Both the position numbers and the translations under genes were made by a program. The notes under the pieces were generated by a model that had not been told where the DNA came from, ran no database searches, and worked only from the letters and a program-made list of their open reading frames with translations. A DNA stretch of 64,000 nt from Podarcis muralis (taxonomy: Eukaryota). Positions within the stretch are counted from its first letter, which is position 1. Every line of letters starts with the position of its first letter. The stretch is taken from NCBI RefSeq assembly GCF_964188315.1, contig NC_135656.1, positions 31,310,001 to 31,374,000 of the forward strand, given 5' to 3'. This document shows positions 33,901 through 46,680 of this stretch, one piece after another.

Positions 33901-36900
33901 TTCGAATCTTGACACATATTGACACCTTTTCCTCTTCCATTATAAGTGCTGCTATTATATTTCATGAGAGCAGGGATTTTGGGGTGGCTTCAGAATGACA
34001 ACTAGTCCTTGTATGCTGCCATTAGACTGAGTTGTTCTTCGCATTTTGTTGTCCAGGGCTAAATACGCTGTTGGTGCAATAAAGAAGAAAGTCAACGACA
34101 AGAATCCACATGTGGCTCTCTACGCACTAGAGGTAAGCTAAAGTGAACACAACTTCCTCAGGGTGTATTCACTCTCCCAGGTCAATGAGAGAAGCTTTCT
34201 TTCCCTAACCTTGCGAGAGAGATGTGCAGCCAGCCCACTTTTTGTTCAAAGGAGGACCAGAACTTCTGCTGCTAATTACTTTTAACTAGGGCAACATTAA
34301 AAGGGGATTAGACCGATTCCTGGAGGATAAAGCTATCAGTGCCTCCAATACCAGAGGTGGTATGCCTTTCAATATCAGTCCTCTGGGGGGAAACAGGGGG
34401 AAAGGGCTGTTGCATTTGTACTGGTTGCTGGTGGTATTTCCATGGACATCTGGTTGGCTACTGGGGAAAACAGGATACTTGACTAGACAGGCCTTTGGCC
34501 TGATCCAGCAGGGTACCTCTTTGGATATTTGGTCAGGGACAGTGCATGCTCATGAATATATTTTCCTTGTAGGTCTTGGAATCTGTGGTAAAGAACTGTG
34601 GTCAAACAGTTCACGATGAAGTGGCTAACAAACAGACCATGGAGGAGTTGAAGGAGTTGCTGAAGGTAGGAGCTTTTTGGCTGTTTCTCCTCTCCGTAAA
34701 CAGCTGTTTAAAGAAAAAGAAATCCAAATTTATAAACAGTGAAGCACCCTCATAGGCCAAACATGGAGTTCCTTTCCAGCAGGAGGAAATTTACAAGGAA
34801 AACCACTCTTTCTCTGTCCTTCCCACCCCTAGTAGAAGATGAATATACAGGTAGTGAGCAAAGAGAATAACTGAGGTTGGGTTTCTGATACTAGATGGCA
34901 AGGGGCATTGCTCCAAGTGTCATTTCCCAGTTAAATTGCGCTTACGCTGTCCCCTTGGAAGATTGTGGGTTCGTTTCCATTGGGCATATTGCCTGATCCT
35001 GGCTCTGCACATTTCTACAGAGACAAGTTGAAGCCAATGTTCGCAACAAGATCCTGTACTTGATCCAGGCATGGGCTCATGCCTTCCGCAATGAACCCAA
35101 GTACAAGGTGGTGCAGGACACTTACCAGATCATGAAGGTTGAAGGTAAGGATGAGTGACCTGTGCTGTGAAGAAGGGGGGGGGGGGAGACGGAGTATGTT
35201 CAGTTGAGGATCTGGAGAAAGCACACTGGTGCATTTGTTTTAAGAAACAGCAATGACCAGCTTCCATGTAGTGTGTCAGTGTCTTAGGTATAAGCCCTAA
35301 CGGAACACAGTAGCTTCCAGAGCCAAGAAGAATTTCTGTGATCTTTGTCACTTGTGATATTATGATATGTTGCACTATGGATCAGACGGTTTGTTGGACT
35401 TAATTCTGGAAGGCCAATCTATGCAGATTGCTCTAGCCTCATCCCCTCAGTACTTTTGTGGGGATGTCATGTTTTCTTTGGTTGGAAAAGGGAACGTGGT
35501 GAGGAGGTAAATGGCTTGTGTGCACAGCTTCTCAGGTCTGTCACTTGGTGCCCCCATCCCAAGTACCAGCTAGTGCCAGTGGTTGAAGATCCCAACAGAG
35601 TGACATTGTTGATCTTTCCTGCAGGTCATGTTTTCCCAGAATTCAAGGAGAGTGATGCCATGTTTGCAGCGGAAAGGGTGAGTGTCCCAATTGGGAAAGG
35701 GGCACACCTCACATATGGAAATGATTTGGACTTTTTTGTGGTAATTATAATCTGTCTTGATACTTCTGTTGCTGAGTTTGGGCTGAATCAGTCTCCAGTG
35801 AAAATTCAGCTGCCTGGGGGTGGGTGACAGCAAAAATAGAACATATCCCACTCGATTTGTACATTGTGGGCTGTGGGAAGTAAGAGAAGCTAATTGTGTT
35901 ACTTACTCGCTTATCTCGTTTTTATAATGTTCTTCACAACAGCATCCCAGGGTGGTTCACAAAAGGTAAAAAAATGTGCAGAACTAAAGCCAACATTAAA
36001 AGCAACAGCAGAAAGTAAATACTTCTAATAGATTGTTACGGAATCAGATTGCTCATACCCCAGGGGTGCCCAAACTTATTTTTCAAAGAGGGCCAGTTTT
36101 GATGAAGTGAACATGCACGAGGGCCGACCAGAATTGTTGAGCTTTTTTTTAGAATTTTGCCCCGGCACATATACTGCCATGGTGCATTTTGAGCAACCTA
36201 TGTAACTGAAGTAGGAAGGACACCTGGTAGATCTCCAGAGGCAGCGGAATTCCACATGGAGGGTGCCACAACTGAGAAGGCCCTCACACGGGTCTCTCAC
36301 ACAACCACACCCTACATACCAAGCACTACTCAGGGGTGGAACCACGAGAAGGGCCCCTTCCACAGATATTAGCTTGCAAGTGGCACACAACAAGGGAAGA
36401 ACTCAAACATATACTTGGATCCCAAGTCATTTAGTGTAATATAAGCCAATATTAACACCTTGAAGTAGACTTGGAATCAAATAGCTAGCTGGTGCAGATA
36501 ACAGAAAATTGATGTAATGTAACTCTGTCTTTGCATCTCATTCAGTAAACAAGCAGCGGCATTCTACACTATCTGCAGCCTCCTAACCATCTTCTAGGGC
36601 AGCTCCACGTAGAATGCATTGCAGTAGTCTAACTGCGAGGCTGTCAGAGCATGGATCACTGGCAAGAGTATCCCAAGAATGGCCAGCATTCCAGTTCGGG
36701 AAGAGAACCATCTATTTAGTTTTTACTGCCTCCTTATGTTACACATGCATTTTCTCTATCTGGGATCCCTCCTCAAATACTGCTGCTCTTGGGGGTGCTT
36801 TTTTCGGGTTCTTAGGATCACTTCAAGGCTTTGTGACGGCCTTTTTGTTACCCAATACTTGCTTTGTTTCTGTGCGGCAGGCCCCAGACTGGGTGGACGC

Positions 36901-39900
36901 AGAGGAGTGTCACCGGTGCAGAGTCCAGTTTGGGGTGGTGACTCGTAAGGTGAGTGGTGCAGCTCCCTGTCCCGACCTGGAGCTCCTTTCCTGTGGCAGC
37001 TGACATGACACAGAGCCATGTTATAATGGCAGCAAGAGGAGGTGGTGGCCGGGAGATTTAAATTCTAGTGGGCTTCTATTCTTGACCTCTCCCTGTGTTT
37101 GCAGCACCACTGCCGGGCATGTGGGCAGATTTTCTGCGGGAAGTGCTCCTCCAAGTATTCCACCATTCCCAAGTTCGGCATAGAGAAGGAGGTGCGAGTG
37201 TGTGAGCCCTGCTACGAGCATCTCAACAAGTAAGTATTGGAGCTCAGCTAATGAAGAGGGTCGTTGGCACAGAAAGGTTGGGGAAGAATGAGGGTTTTTT
37301 TTGGCAGCCTTTCTTTCTACATGTGCATACTCTGGAGGGAGAGAGTTCTTATTCCTCTAACAGTAAACTGAATACAGTTGTACCTTGGTTCTTGAATGCC
37401 TTGATACTCGTATGTTTTGGCTCCCGAACGCCGAAAACTCGGAAGTAAGTGTTCCGGTTTTCAAACGTTTTTCAGAAGCCGAACGTCCAACCCGGCTTCC
37501 GCTTGAGTGCAGGAAGCTCCTGCAGCCAGTAGGAAGCTGCACCTTGGTTTTCGAGCTGTTTCGGGAGTCAAACGGATTAAGTTCGAGAACCAAGGTTCCA
37601 CTGTAGTCTGGCAAGTTGCAACTTAAAGAGAAAGAGCTAATTGGCTTATTGCAGATTAATAGATGCTACAATATAGCAGGTGTTGAGTGGTCCTCTCTTC
37701 CCCCCAAACCCCTGGCCGACCACCAGATTGCAGTTCAGCTGTGGTCATGATCCTGGCTTCTCTGTATACACAGGAAAGCAGAAGGGAAAGGAACTGCAAC
37801 CACGGAGCTTCCTCCTGAGTACCTGACCAGCCCTCTTTCCCAGCAGTCCCAGGTGAGCACTTGGCTGTGATGGCAAGGGATGGGGCTACAGCTTCACCCG
37901 TCACCTCTTCACCCGGGTTACAGTGACTGCTGTTTCTTCTGCCCTCAGCTGCCTCCCAAGCGTGATGAAACTGCCCTGCAGGAGGAGGAGGAGCTGCAGC
38001 TGGCCATTGCACTCTCCCAGTCAGAGGCAGAGGAGAAGGAAAGGATGGTTTGTGTCTTGAGAATTATGGGGGGATTCCTGTGACATTAATACTCGGAGGT
38101 ACCCTGCAGGGTTGACTGCCTTGTAGCGCCCAAAGAGTTTAGGTAGCTCAGTGTTCTGCATAAACTCCCTCTTTCCCTGTAACAGCCTAGCCCTCAAATA
38201 TGGGAAACTTGTCCTGATGTCGTCTCCCCCCTGCCAAAATGAGGCATTTTAATTGTTGGGTACTTTGCCAATCGGGTGTTTGTAACTACCAGAAGCGATT
38301 CCGGAAAACATACACGTTATGTCGTGTTCAGTTAATTAAAATGCTGCACTAACTTTCCCATTTTGTTGTCTAATTAAGAGCAGATAAAGACCATGCTGAT
38401 TCTGGGTGAATCTTAATTTCATCACTAACTGCACACTTATTTGTGCCATTCTGAGATGCCCAGGCGTGGCTGGTAACTGTCAGGAGGCATGCTTCATTCC
38501 CGATCAGCTTCTGGCTTGCTGGCTGACTGCAAAAGTGGTTCCTGGCTTGCTGTGCAAGTTCAGGAATCGATGAAGCATTCCTATATCGTTCTCCCTCTTG
38601 CTTTTCCTCTGCAGAGACAGAAAAGCACGTATTCCACATACCCCAAGGCTGAGCCGACACCAGTCACCTCATCGGCTCCACCAGTCAACACCCTCTATTC
38701 CTCACCTGTGGTAAGTGCCCACCCGCCTGGAGAGATTTCCCCTATTGCTATTTAGACACTTCTCCCGTGTCGTGAACATTCTGTGGTTCTTTGGTAAGTC
38801 CAGCCAAGTCCATGGGAGAGGAAGAGAATGGGTGCTGGCTTTTCCTGTCACCTTGCTTCAGCAGCTCCTTCTGCTGACAAGTCCCCTCATGCCTTGAAGC
38901 CTGAAACAGGCAGCGTTTCAAGCTTGATCTCCTAAGGAAAGGGGAGGCAGTGGGGGTACCCATCTTTGCATGGGTGGTTAATCCTGTCATATGTGTCTTA
39001 TTTCAGAACTCCTCTGCACCTCTGGCCGAGGACATTGACCCTGAGGTAAGACCCCCCAGTCCCCATAAGCCATTTTGTAGTTTGCTGGTATCAGCGACAC
39101 CCTGGCTAGTGACAACCAGCTTGCTTCCTGTTTCCCAACATCTCCTTGCAGCTGGCTCGGTACCTGAACCGCAACTACTGGGAGAAGAAGCAGGAGGAGG
39201 TGCGCAAGAGCCCCACCCCTTCAGCCCCGCTATCCATGGGGGAGCCAGCAACCCAGAACACCGAGGTCCAGCCTGCCCCGCTCAGTGTGGTGGAGGTAAG
39301 AGCAGCCTTCCTTTCCTGTGTGCTCTTAGGATGCTCCACAGTAAGGCAGAATTAGGCTCAGCTGCTGGGTTTGTTTGGTTTTTTCCTGAAATGGTTGCCA
39401 GCTGGTGAGCAACTGCTGTTTCTTTCTCCAATGTGAGCAGCGGGATTAAAGGAGGCCAGGCACGGAGTGCGGCAAGCTTTCTGTGCTGCATTTGAACAGT
39501 CTGGAGGTTTAAGGTTTTTACAGGAGATGCATAGCCTTGCAGGGAAACAGGACAGGGGTAACCCAAAGGCCGCTGAAGCCACATTGAAAAATGAACTCCG
39601 TTGAGCTTTAACTTAGTTGGAATTGCGGCTTCCAGTTAATGGTCTCCCCATCTCTCTCTGATGGTCTCCCCAGCAGCAATACCAAAACGGCGAGACAGAC
39701 GAGAGCCACGACCAGTTCCTGAAGGCTCTGCAGAACGCCGTCACCACCTTCGTCAACCGCATGAAGAGCAACCACCTGCGGGGCCGGAGCATCACCAATG
39801 ACTCTGCCGTGCTCTCGCTCTTCCAGTCCATCAACAGCATGCACCCTCAGCTCCTGGAGCTGCTGAACCAGTTGGATGAGCGCCGCAGTAAGTTCCCAGG

Positions 39901-42585
39901 GCCCCGGCCCTTAATGGGGGCAGAGACCTGCGGGAGGAGCTTGTAGCACGGTTGGGATCGCCTCTCTCCCCGTTAAATCATAGGCGGTTAATTGACTTCC
40001 TTGCGTTGAACCAAAATGGGCATTGGTGCTTCCTTTCCACTTTTTAGCATTGGGGTGGGAAGGAAGGGAAGATGGCGTGATGCCTTTGGCCCACGCTGAG
40101 GAGTCTGCCCTGCTTTCCTCAAGGTGGGAGCTATACCTCCTGTGAATCTCACGGGGGTGGGGCTTCTGACAGTGCCTTTTTTCGCCCCTTCCCCTCGCCC
40201 AGTGTACTATGAGGGACTTCAAGATAAACTTGCCCAGATCCGGGATGCGCGGGGAGCCCTGAATGCTCTGCGGGAGGAACACCGGGAAAAGCTGCGCCGC
40301 GCTGCCGAGGAGGCCGAGCGCCAGCGCCAGATCCAGCTAGCCCAGAAGCTTGAGATTATGCGGCAGAAGAAACAGGTGAGGTGGCCGCTGCCAAGTGTGT
40401 CCGGTACAAAAGGTACACCTGCCCTCTGCAAAATGGTTTGCAAGTGGTGCAGCCTAGTAAAGCATGAAGTCCCATGGCTCCCGTGTTGTAACGCATCCTA
40501 TGTGCTTCTCCAACTTGTAGGAATACCTGGAGATGCAACGGCAGTTGGCGATCCAGCGGCTTCAGGAGCAAGAGAAGGAGCGCCAGCTGCGACTGGAGCA
40601 GCAGAAGCAAACGATCCAAATGCGGGCCCAGATGCCTGCTTTCTCCTTGCCGTATGCTCAGGTATGACGGGTGGAGAGGCCGAGAATCCCTCCTCCTCTT
40701 CCCTTCCGTGGCTGTTCTCTTTGCAAATGCATCAGCCAAGTCACCATCCCTCTCTTAACCTGCTTCCTGTCTCTGCAGCTGCAGGCCATGCCTCCTGCTG
40801 GCGGGGTGATCTACCAGCCATCAGGCCCCACAAGCTTCCCAGGCACCTTCAGCCCAGCAGGCTCTGTGGAGGGCTCACCTATGCACACAGTGTACATGAG
40901 CCAGCCTGCCCAGGGCAGCACCGGACCGTACACTGCAATGCCTGTGGCAGGAACAGGTAAGAGCAATAGGATGGAGGGGGAATGTGTTAGCTGAAAGCAC
41001 CTGAAATGGGATACTGGGCTAGCTGGCCTGGTCTCGGAAGGCTGTCCTTTTCTCATATTTCATCTGTATTTCAGATCCCAACATGGTGAACACCTACATG
41101 TACTCAGCAAGCACTAATAATGCCCAGGCAGCTCCGCAAGGGCAGGCTGTGCCCACCACGAATCCTGCCTATTCTTCCTACCAACCTACACCTACCCAAG
41201 GCTACCAGGCAAGTTTGACCCACAGCCCAAATTTCCTCTGTCCCAAATCGGGGGATTAAATCCCAGCAGGTTATATGTGCTGTTGTGAAAGTGGAGGGAG
41301 AGTTCTAGCCAGTGTGGTGATGTCATTAGTGTTTGACTAGGACGGAGAAGATCCAAGTTCGAATCATTCTAGCGGCGATGCTTCTGTTATTATGAAGATG
41401 AAGCACCTATTTTAAACCATTTCCGGAAAGGTAGCCAAGTTAAGTCTGTTGCAGCAAAAATAACGGAGCCTTGGGGCAACATAAGAGACAAAAAAATAAT
41501 CATCATTGCATCAGCTTCAATGGACTACGGTCCAGTTCATCACATTGTGTGTGTTGTGGTTCAAGCATCTGGATTTGGACCTGGGAAATCCAGGTTCAGG
41601 TCTTCCCATAGCCATCAAGCACAGTGCAGGTAGTAAGCTCTCCATCTTACCTATAGCACCTACATCCCAGGTTGGTTGTGCGAATAAAGTGGAGAGGAGT
41701 GCAATGCTGCCTTGACCTCCTTGGAGGAAGAGTGGAATATAGTCTTTGCCAGCTTGCAAGTAGCAAAAGTTTCTCCCTGTGTGTTCTTGCCTGTGTGTTG
41801 AAGTTTGTCTAGACTTCTTACCCATTCCTGCCTCCTTTACCTTTCAGAACGCAGCTGCCCCCTCCCAGACCCAGGCGATCCCAGCCATGACACAAGCGCC
41901 GCAGGGTTACATGGGCAATCAGTCGGTCTCCATGGGCTACCAGCCCTACAATATGCAGGTGAGAGACTCCTTGAAACTGTTGCGCTGTGCGCCTTCTCCA
42001 GTGTCCGGTGTGAGGGCAGCCGGCGGACAGGACTGAAGGGGAATTCTTGTATGTGCATAGAGGCAGCAAAGCCACCCCTAAGCTCCAGGCTGACTCCTGT
42101 TATGAATGGAGCCATGTGGATTGGCGGAAAGTCTTATGCCCTCTTCTTTTCCTGCCAGAACCTCATGTCAACCCTCCCTGGCCAGGAACAGGGTTTGAGT
42201 AACATGCCACCCCAGCAGCCTTACCTGTCAGGACAGCAGCCTATGTATCAGCAGGTGAGTCTTTGACCAGCCACTTTGGGGGCAACTGTTTTGGCAACTT
42301 CTTCATGTTATGTTAGGCTGATGCCCTGAATTCCTTCAGCTCAACATTGTTTGGCTTTTTAGCCTCTGTGCCGATCCATGGGTTGGAGGACCGTTATCTA
42401 CAGTAGCTTTAAATGGGGGTGCCTTTTTAAACAAGTCCTCCTTACTCGCTTCCCTGTTTGCCTCCTTACAGATGGCACCTCCTGGAGGACCTCAGCAGCA
42501 GCAGCAGCAGCCTCAGCAGGCTCCAGTCCAGGTGCAACAGGCACAAGGCGGCAGCGGAGAGGCTCAGCTGATCTCCTTTGACTAA
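30909..42585 (+). CDS. HGS: Hepatocyte growth factor-regulated tyrosine kinase substrate (ESCRT-0; VHS, FYVE, UIM, coiled coil), about 759 aa, 21 exons
   Basis: Exons 30909-30945, 32787-32871, 34057-34132, 34573-34665, 35021-35144, 35625-35677, 36881-36949, 37105-37229, 37774-37852, 37949-38047, 38615-38710, 39007-39045, 39152-39295, 39674-39887, 40203-40375, 40521-40661, 40779-40956, 41075-41208 (GC donor), 41848-41958, 42159-42254, 42472-42585 (2280 nt). Peptides: MGRGGGTFERLLDKATSQLLLETDW, APDWVDAEECHRC, RKHHCRACGQIFC, EEEELQLAIALSQSEAE, C-terminal EAQLISFD. Confidence 0.97.
36170..36710 (-). mobile_element. Decayed L2 fragments in an HGS intron
   Basis: GAATTCCACATGGAGGGTGCCACAACTGAGAAGGCCCTC resembles 58720-58760; GCATTGCAGTAGTCTAAC is an L2-like RT remnant. 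Confidence 0.55.
37375..37603. mobile_element. Tc1/mariner-like MITE (second subfamily)
   Basis: TA-flanked CAGTTGTACCTTGGTTCT ... AGAACCAAGGTTCCACTG. Confidence 0.8.
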
Positions 42586-43309
42586 TCTCTTGGCTTATGA
42601 GGAAAGGGAGGGGTGGGTTTCTAAGACATTGTAACACTACCATCTGTTGGTCACTGCTGTACTCGCTACACCATTGCTATTACCTTGCGCCATCCCCACC
42701 CTGGGGAACGGAGAGCTGAGCCCCCGCTGTCCTAGGTAGTTTCCCGTTGGCTACCTGTACCTCCCCCCCTCCATCCCTCACTAAGTGAGCCTTCTGGGAG
42801 GAGCGAGAGACACCTGTGCTCAAATAACCTTATACACTGTTCCTTGGCTGTGGAGAGAGAGTAGCCCACTGCCTGATCCTCCTAGCTTTGTGTTGGCTGG
42901 GTAGCAGAGCAGACTTCTCAAGGAGTGCCTCCTATGTGCGCCGTTACAGGTTGGAGAGCTGCTCTTCTCATTGGAAACTGCATTTAAGCATGCTCCAAAG
43001 CCAGAGTAAATGGGCCCAGCCCACAGCATGATCTGGGCCTACATCCTTCTCGCCACCTCCCCTTTAGTACATTCTATGGTTGCATCTTGCCAATCAAGTG
43101 GCCTTCACCTCCAACACCACTGCCCCCCCTCCATGATCTCACAGCCCTCCGTGTCTCTTCTCAATCCCTTTGGAGAATCCACGACATTGAACACAGCCTG
43201 CTCCAGGCCTGCGTTTCTTCTCCCCTCCCTCTGCCCTACTTATGCTCGCTGCTTTTGAAGACTCATCTCTTGTGTTTAGTGCTGGTGTAGACAGAATGGA
43301 ACCAGTGAC

Positions 43310-43315
43310 AATAAA
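43310..43315 (+). terminator. Probable HGS poly(A) signal AATAAA
   Basis: First canonical AATAAA about 725 nt after the HGS stop, followed by a U/GU-rich stretch. Confidence 0.6.
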
Positions 43316-43618
43316 GTATTTAAAACTTTTTTCAGTCTGTGCTTCCTCATAGGCCTTGGGTTAAAAGTTTCTGTCTCTGCAGAACTAGTTGGTGGGTTGT
43401 GACCACCGGTGTATGCAAGGTCTTAGAAGGGGGTACAGGAGGCATTCGTCATCCTGGGGCAGCACAGAGAATAGAATTTCCTAAAGCCATTCTGAAAACG
43501 TTATTCCCCCCCTCCCCCAAAGAAGCTGCAGAAGCATCCATTTCTTTTTCTTAATTTAATTTCCACACCCATCCATATAAATAGGGCAGTCCTCCTTTAG
43601 CTTTTCCGTAGCCAGAGA

Positions 43619-46600
43619 TCATAACTCCCTCCGCCGAAAGATCAAACATTTGGTGTATTCAGGCATCTCTAGCTGAGGAAGAAAAATAGGCACTGAGTAT
43701 TGCATCAGGGAGGATGAGCAAAATGGAAGCCTATGGGAGAAACTGCAGAGCTGGTGGGATCCCCATTCCCAGGAAACAAAGAGCAAGAGTGGGAAGTGGT
43801 GGTTGTGGTTTCTGCAGTTCTATTTCATTGCCCCCTACAATGTTGTAGGCTGACCTCAGCCTCTTACCATGCGCTCGAGCCGGAGTGCATTAGTGTTTGC
43901 CAGTTGACGAAGCTCCTCCACGTCTCTCAGTCCCCACTCAGGATTTCTGCCATTTTAAAAGCATAATGTGTTAAAAGTAGAACATGGCCTCGTCACAACG
44001 AAATCCTTAGAGCCTTTCCCAAGGAAGGAGAAACAGTAGGCTAAAGGCTAAACGGTCTCTGCCTGTAGCTCGTCTTCATCACGTAACACAAAATCTTGCC
44101 CTGTTGTCCATCTTCCATGCTACTACACAACATGTAAATAGTGAGGAAATAAATCAAGGGGAAATTTCCAAGTAGCCTTTCCCCATCCTACCTTGACCTC
44201 ACTAGGCCTTTGGTGGTCACCACAAGGGAGATGAGATGGAATCCTGTCCTTCAGCTCTAACATACCTGGCCTGGAGCATGTTATCCAGTTGCACATTGCA
44301 CTCTGGGAGGATGATCCCATTAACGGCGAAGGGCTGTGGAGTGGAAGCAGAGGGAATTAACATCGGGCCAGCATTCTATGGGGCTCTTAGGGCAAAGGTC
44401 TAGAACGAAGGCAACAAACCTAACATCAGTGACCCTTGAGCAAGCCCCATTGAATTCAGTAGGATTTGCTTCTGAGGAGGCATTGTGCTGTAAGACTCAT
44501 GACTCAGTCTTGTGGCAGAACTGGATGAAAATATGAGCTGCTTTCCAACCTTGAGGTTCCCCTTTTCCATCAAGTTGATGCAGGGGCAGTGGGGGATACT
44601 GCTTAGCGCTGGGCTTGGGTGCACAAAACTCTTACGCATCCGAGCAGAGCAATAAGCAGAAGCACTCGGCCTTCCTATTGGCTGATGTGGAGGGAGAGTG
44701 ATCCTTGGGGCTCCTGTTTTGCACATCAATTCAAAGGCTCCCAACAACAAGCTGGTGGTCAGGCACTTTGAGAGCTGCACAAATCAAGACTTCTAGCAAG
44801 CCCCACCCATATCTAGATGTAATGAAATGGGGAGTCCTGGCAAGCCTGTGACTTTGCCTGTGATTGCCTTCCCACTGAGCTTAAGCTGTAATGGATGGTT
44901 TTCCTATACTCACCCCGTAGGCCAAGCAAATGCCTCCAGGTTTCAGCAGTTGTCCTATGCCTTTAAACATTCCCTACAACACAAAAGGTTATCTGTTGAA
45001 TAAGATCCTTTGCAGAGGTCAGTTTCCATAATATTGACCTAAGTGCTTTGTCATACCTCCAGGCCTTGATCAGTCATGTGCAGCAGGTTAATAATAATGA
45101 TGAAGTCACAACAGCCTTGACTCAAGCCAGCCCACTGGTCCCATGGCTGTGTTACATCTATGGCAAGGGGTTCTCGGACATTGGTCACCTTGGTGGCTTG
45201 GATGTAAGCAGAGATGCTGTGGGAAAAGATGGAAGATTCTTATTTTTGTGCGTAAAGCCATAATAAAAAAAAAATGGAATTACTTTCTCCAGTTTCCTTC
45301 ATCCTGGCCCCACAAAAAAGCAGCACTGGGTTTGAAATACAGTCAGGCAATATAGTGGGAGGCTAGTGGGAAATGTATGTAACTTCTTTCTCTGAACCAG
45401 AGAAAGGCTAGACAAGGGTATGATATATGCATCCAACACTGATTCTCCAAGTTAAAGGGGTGGACACATTTTTATGATTTTTCCAAGTGACAGTGCTAAG
45501 ATTTCAGATGTGACTGCTCTGTGAATTATGGTCAGTGTAAATGACACAGGCACTCAATTACATGTGTATGTGACGCTAGCGACAAGCAATACAGCACACT
45601 GGCACAATCTCCCATGCCATTTTATGCCCTTCAGTTTCTGTCCTCATCCCTCCCAACACCTCTTGGTGAGCAATGACTATTAGAAATGTTATTGCTATTT
45701 GAAAAGGAATACCCCACACAACACCCTCTTTACGCCATCTGTTGACTTACCGTAAGCTGTTTGCGCCAGATGATTTTTGCACAGGCCAAGATGCCACCTA
45801 CGAAATGCTGTTACAATTTTATCCTCACCCTTGTGCATGTTTTGCAAATTGTAAATTTCAGGAATAGCTAACAATAAAATAAAATGTAAAGAAGGAACGT
45901 CTGGAAAACCCCTTGGACGCTCGCCAACCGTTTGTTCATGTTTGTCATACCACAACTCAAAAAAAAATATCCTCATTTCTCATACTGTAATATTAACTGT
46001 AGTATTAACCATGATAATTTTAATCTACCAACAATCCACAGACCCAGGCTAAGTAGTCAAAGCAACACCAGGTATTAAAGCCAAGTTTTTAAAAAATGCA
46101 TCTACCTTGGCATATACTGTTTTATTGCCAGATTATTCTATAGTCTAAGACAGATTGCCACCAAGAAGTTCTCACTATTCCGCTGAAATATACACATGCC
46201 ATTACTGCTTCAGCAGCAAGTCTTTCTTACCAAGAATATATGCACAGCTAGGATCTGTCCAATGCAGAACAGTCTAGCTATTTCTTGGAAAGGCATTTCC
46301 AGGCTACTGAACACAAGCTGCCATATGGTTTTTAACAGTCCCTTTTGGTTGACTATAAACAAGGACTAAGAGCCAGTTCTTTTTAGTGCAGATTTTGTGC
46401 CAACATTCTGCTGGGGCCAAGGGAAAGCATGGTCCACACACTACTACAACACCCATCCCTTGCTGTCACCACAGGCCCCAGTATACCTCTGTTGAGAAGC
46501 TGGGCTGATCTCTGAGGGTTGCCAGATGACCGTGGGCAAGGCCTGGGCAAAGTGCACCACATGCTGTCCTGTGCCAGATCCCAGTTCAAGCCCAAAAGCT

Positions 46601-46680
46601 GATCTTGTGTCATCCACATAGTCAGCCAGCACCTCAAGGATGGTTTCCTTGTTTCTCTCAGCCATCGGCGAAACTAGCAT
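43619..46680 (-). CDS. METTL26: METTL26/DUF938-family SAM-dependent methyltransferase-like protein (B-type paralogue), 204 aa, 6 coding exons
   Basis: Exons 46680-46487, 45216-45057, 44973-44914, 44333-44266, 43946-43868, 43672-43619 (615 nt). Peptides: MLVSPMAERNKETILEVL, LELGSGTGQHVVHFA, WQPSE, NPEWGLRD, MPEYTKCLIFRR. The 60/68/79-nt exons fit the METTL26 gene structure as recalled. Confidence 0.9.

Noticed and set aside
39330-39340. HGS microexon TAG|GATGCTCCACA|GTAAGG
   Set aside because: 11 nt would shift the frame, and it is only about 34 nt from the upstream donor.
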